DNA of 64,000 nt from Coniocarpon cinnabarinum (Eukaryota): NCBI GenBank assembly GCA_051942205.1, contig JAVECO010000102.1, forward strand, positions 1 to 64,000, in the 5' to 3' direction. Of this stretch, positions 61,216 to 64,000 are shown piece after piece; within the stretch, counting starts at the first letter, position 1, and each line of letters starts with the position of its first letter. The notes under the pieces are model-generated. The model had not been told where the DNA came from and searched no databases. It saw nothing but the letters and a program-made list of their open reading frames with translations. Position numbers and translations under genes: made by a program.

Positions 61216-62895
61216 ATGATCGACTTCCTGGGGAATACATCTCGCGTCAACGTGTTCGTTGAGAATATCCGAGACCGCACAGCCGCAGTTCCTGGAGCTA
61301 TTGATTTAAGGCTAGTTGAATGGCACAGAGGCAAGCTCACCAACCTCTCGTTCAGCAAAGCGTGTAGCCTTATCGTCCCAAAAAAGTGAAGAGGAAGGCA
61401 AATGTGCATCCGTTGCAAGCGTTCCCGAGCTGCGAAGCCAGGATATTTGTTCTGTCAGGATTATGCAAGGTCCTGCCGAGTACCTTAATTGGCATTATTG
61501 ACATGTGCCACACTCACGCCGCCAGATGGAGCCCGCGCATCAGACTGGAACGGCCTGCTGAGGCTTTTCCAGCATCTTGATGTTCCCAGCTGTTTCGTTT
61601 CGGAGAGAATCCAGTCAGTAACAACAAGCTTCGAAGTACGGAGTGAAGCAAGTGGATGTCATTGTAGGGGTTTTGTGCAAGACGTTAGCGTCGCGTTATC
61701 CTGGCTGAGGAAACGTATAGCGCTGTGGTTCCATGTGTTGTGTAAAGCAATCAACCTCAACGCTGACAACACCGTTCGAAATGATCGTCCCAGCCGGATA
61801 GCCAAGGATTTGAGTCAGTCGGACCGAACGTATCATAAGACTGGATTTTTGCTCAGCTGGAAAGATAACCCATTAAATTAGAGTCGTGACTCCTTGGCCA
61901 ACACATCCTTAGAGCCGGAACAGACCCGGCAAACAACATCCATGAGCGAGCGATCCGAGAATGTAACGCTGTGTTGTTGGGTATTGCGTCCGGAGGTAGA
62001 GCAGCGATTCGCAAACGTTTGTCTTAAGCAGGATTGGTCTGCAATCCTCGCTGATCCTTCGACTCCCTTAGATATCGACTTTGACCAGACCTTTTTGTTA
62101 TTCGACGAACAAGTCAAGAACCTTCGAAATGCATCTGTCAAGGTTGATTTGGTCAGTGTTCAAGCAGGGACCGAACGCGAACTGCTCAACTCATACCTCC
62201 ACAACACCATGCAGGGAGCATCAACCAATCATACATGTTCTGAGCGGTTTGACTTTGTTGGCTTGTCAAATCTTGCAGAACACACCATTCATCTCAAAGA
62301 AAACGCAACTGGATGTCTGTAGACATTAACAGCAATTGACCAAAACCGTGATGACCGCTTAATGTCAATCGACGGGTCTAATGAGAAGCCAGATAGTCTG
62401 GTAAATTCAACAAGGAATGCACTCCTCCACAAACGCTCTGTCTTTCGATCGGTCAATCTCCAACTCGACAGTCTTGATAGACGAGCTCAAATCATTATCA
62501 GTCTGGTCAGTCACTTTAGTTCCTTAGAGTTATGACAAAATATGCCTAACGGCGGTGAAAATTTACAGGCTTTCAATCTTACCACACAAGCTACTGCTGG
62601 AGCCGCCTTGGATGACAGCCGCTCTATGAAGGTTCTCGCCATTCTCATTTTGACGTTCCTTCCCTTTGCATTGTTTATGGTAAGTCGTGCGAAATATATC
62701 GAGTCACAAACAAGCGCAAGCTAATGCACGCGCAATAAAGCCCTCTTCAGCACCCCATTCTTTACATCAAATGAGGGTAACGTTGCGGTCGCAGAAAACT
62801 TTTGGGTGTTTGGGGCAATTATAGTTTCCCTGGCCATGGCTATTCTGAGCCCAAGGGTTGCAGCGTATTTCTGTCTTCGTAGCGCGCGAACGTAA
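61216..62895 (+). pseudogene. Disrupted gene with a CorA-like two-TM C-terminus
   Basis: FVSERIQSV, WFHVLCK, FDFVGL, DSRSMKVLAILILTFLP...FSTPFF...FWVFGAI. In-frame TAG at 61879-61881 and 62320-62322, and an early stop after the A-run near 61380. Confidence 0.68.
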
Positions 62896-63270
62896 GCCAC
62901 GATCTGACCATTCTCAGGGGCAAGACATTGGGGAGCGCAGGGAAAGTGTGGTGCAGAAGAGGGTCTAGAACTCCACAGAATTGACAGACATGATGCAGCG
63001 TTATTTTTGCATCTAAGCCAAAATATACCAGTGTCAAGGCAGTTGATGGAATGGATGATGGTGTGAGGGTGTGAGCGTCTGTGGATTCTAGAATGCATAT
63101 CTGCCGATGACGTTGCCATCATTTGACTGTTTATCCCGGCAGGGTCAAAGAATAACTTTCCATAGTAGGTAGCTCCCAGCGCTGCTGCTTTCATCCACCC
63201 GCTCAGCTGAGTACCTAGTTGCATTGTGATAGAAGCAACAACGATTCTTACATCGCCGACTGCTTAGACA

Positions 63271-64000
63271 ATGGCTATGAAGAGAAAAGCCAGCACTGAA
63301 ATGGACGAAGATGTGCACGATCCAGAGTCCGCTAAGCGTCGAGAAATCAAGTCACCTCCGGAAGTCAATCAAGAAAATGATGCGACTGGATCCGAAAGCT
63401 CGAGCGTCGACGCATCACCCACACAGGCTAGCGATCCGGCACAAGCATCTCGTATCAATGCTCAACAAGCCCGTTTCGCTGCACTCAAAGCCCGTCAAAA
63501 TGATTCTCGAAAATCAAACCGCAAAGAAGCAGCGTTGGAATCTCAGCGCGCCTCGATCAACCCCGCTGCCATCAACGCCATACATCGCAAGAAGGCAGTC
63601 GCAGAGCAGAAACTAGCTCGAGCCGACGCGGAAGCAAATGGGGAGGATTACGAGCGCAAACGAGCTTGGGACTGGACCATCGACGAGAGCGAGCGGTGGG
63701 ACCGACGGATGGCGAAGAAAGAAAAGCACCGTGAGGATGTGGCTTTCGCAAGCTACGGGCAGGACGCGCGTAAGGTCTACAAACGGCAATTACGAGAGCT
63801 AGGCGGCCCCGATATTGAAGGGTATGAACGTGAGAAAGCTGAGGCCGTCAGCAAAGCTGCGAATGATGGTAGATTGGATCTTGTGGAGAAGGAGAATGGG
63901 GAGATTGTGGCGGTGGACCGTGATGGCACGTGGTTAGGCGGCCGGGAAGGGGTTGATCTTCTTGGAAAAGGCAAGGTCGAGAAAGAGAAAGTTGACAAAT
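63271..64000 (+). CDS. SYF2: Pre-mRNA splicing factor Syf2 (3'-truncated by the window)
   Basis: Open frame from ATG 63271: ARFAALKAR, GEDYERKRAWDWTIDESERWDRR, ARKVYKRQLR, IVAVDRDG. Confidence 0.9.
   Translation, partial: MAMKRKASTEMDEDVHDPESAKRREIKSPPEVNQENDATGSESSSVDASPTQASDPAQASRINAQQARFAALKARQNDSRKSNRKEAALESQRASINPAAINAIHRKKAVAEQKLARADAEANGEDYERKRAWDWTIDESERWDRRMAKKEKHREDVAFASYGQDARKVYKRQLRELGGPDIEGYEREKAEAVSKAANDGRLDLVEKENGEIVAVDRDGTWLGGREGVDLLGKGKVEKEKVDK

Noticed and set aside
52000..63200. Starship-type giant mobile element
   Set aside because: No tyrosine-recombinase captain or recognisable element boundaries are visible in the window.
1..64000. tRNA, rRNA, snRNA genes and CRISPR arrays
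   Set aside because: None recognised by eye; a covariance-model scan would be needed to exclude small RNAs.

Overview
Filamentous ascomycete (Pezizomycotina) nuclear DNA with short GT-AG introns and CTRAC branch points. Bases 1-3572 are the RIP-mutated 3' half of a Ty3/Gypsy chromovirus LTR retrotransposon (RT, RNase H, integrase, chromodomain, PPT, 3' LTR), followed by an AT-rich flank. From about 5.8 to 51.6 kb is a gene-dense block: OCH1, ROM2, VMA11, DBP9, CLC1, RTT103, an acyl-CoA synthetase, an MFS transporter, a divergent porphobilinogen deaminase, an orphan gene, an SRPK-like kinase, SMC3, RIO1, an enoyl-reductase-like gene, BBP/MSL5, an AtrR-like Zn2Cys6 factor and an ankyrin protein. 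About 52-63 kb is accessory/decayed DNA (an amidoligase-like gene and two pseudogenes), and SYF2 runs off the right end. The two strongest observations are: (1) a RIP-masked antisense frame inside the retrotransposon whose six TAT codons (read as TGT before RIP) have exact Zn(II)2Cys6 spacing, followed by a charged coiled-coil-like segment; (2) a BBP intron with two TACTAAC motifs beside its 5' splice site and a frameshifting alternative 3' splice site, which suggests autoregulation. All family calls come from motif recognition by eye; no searches were run, and exon boundaries were inferred manually.
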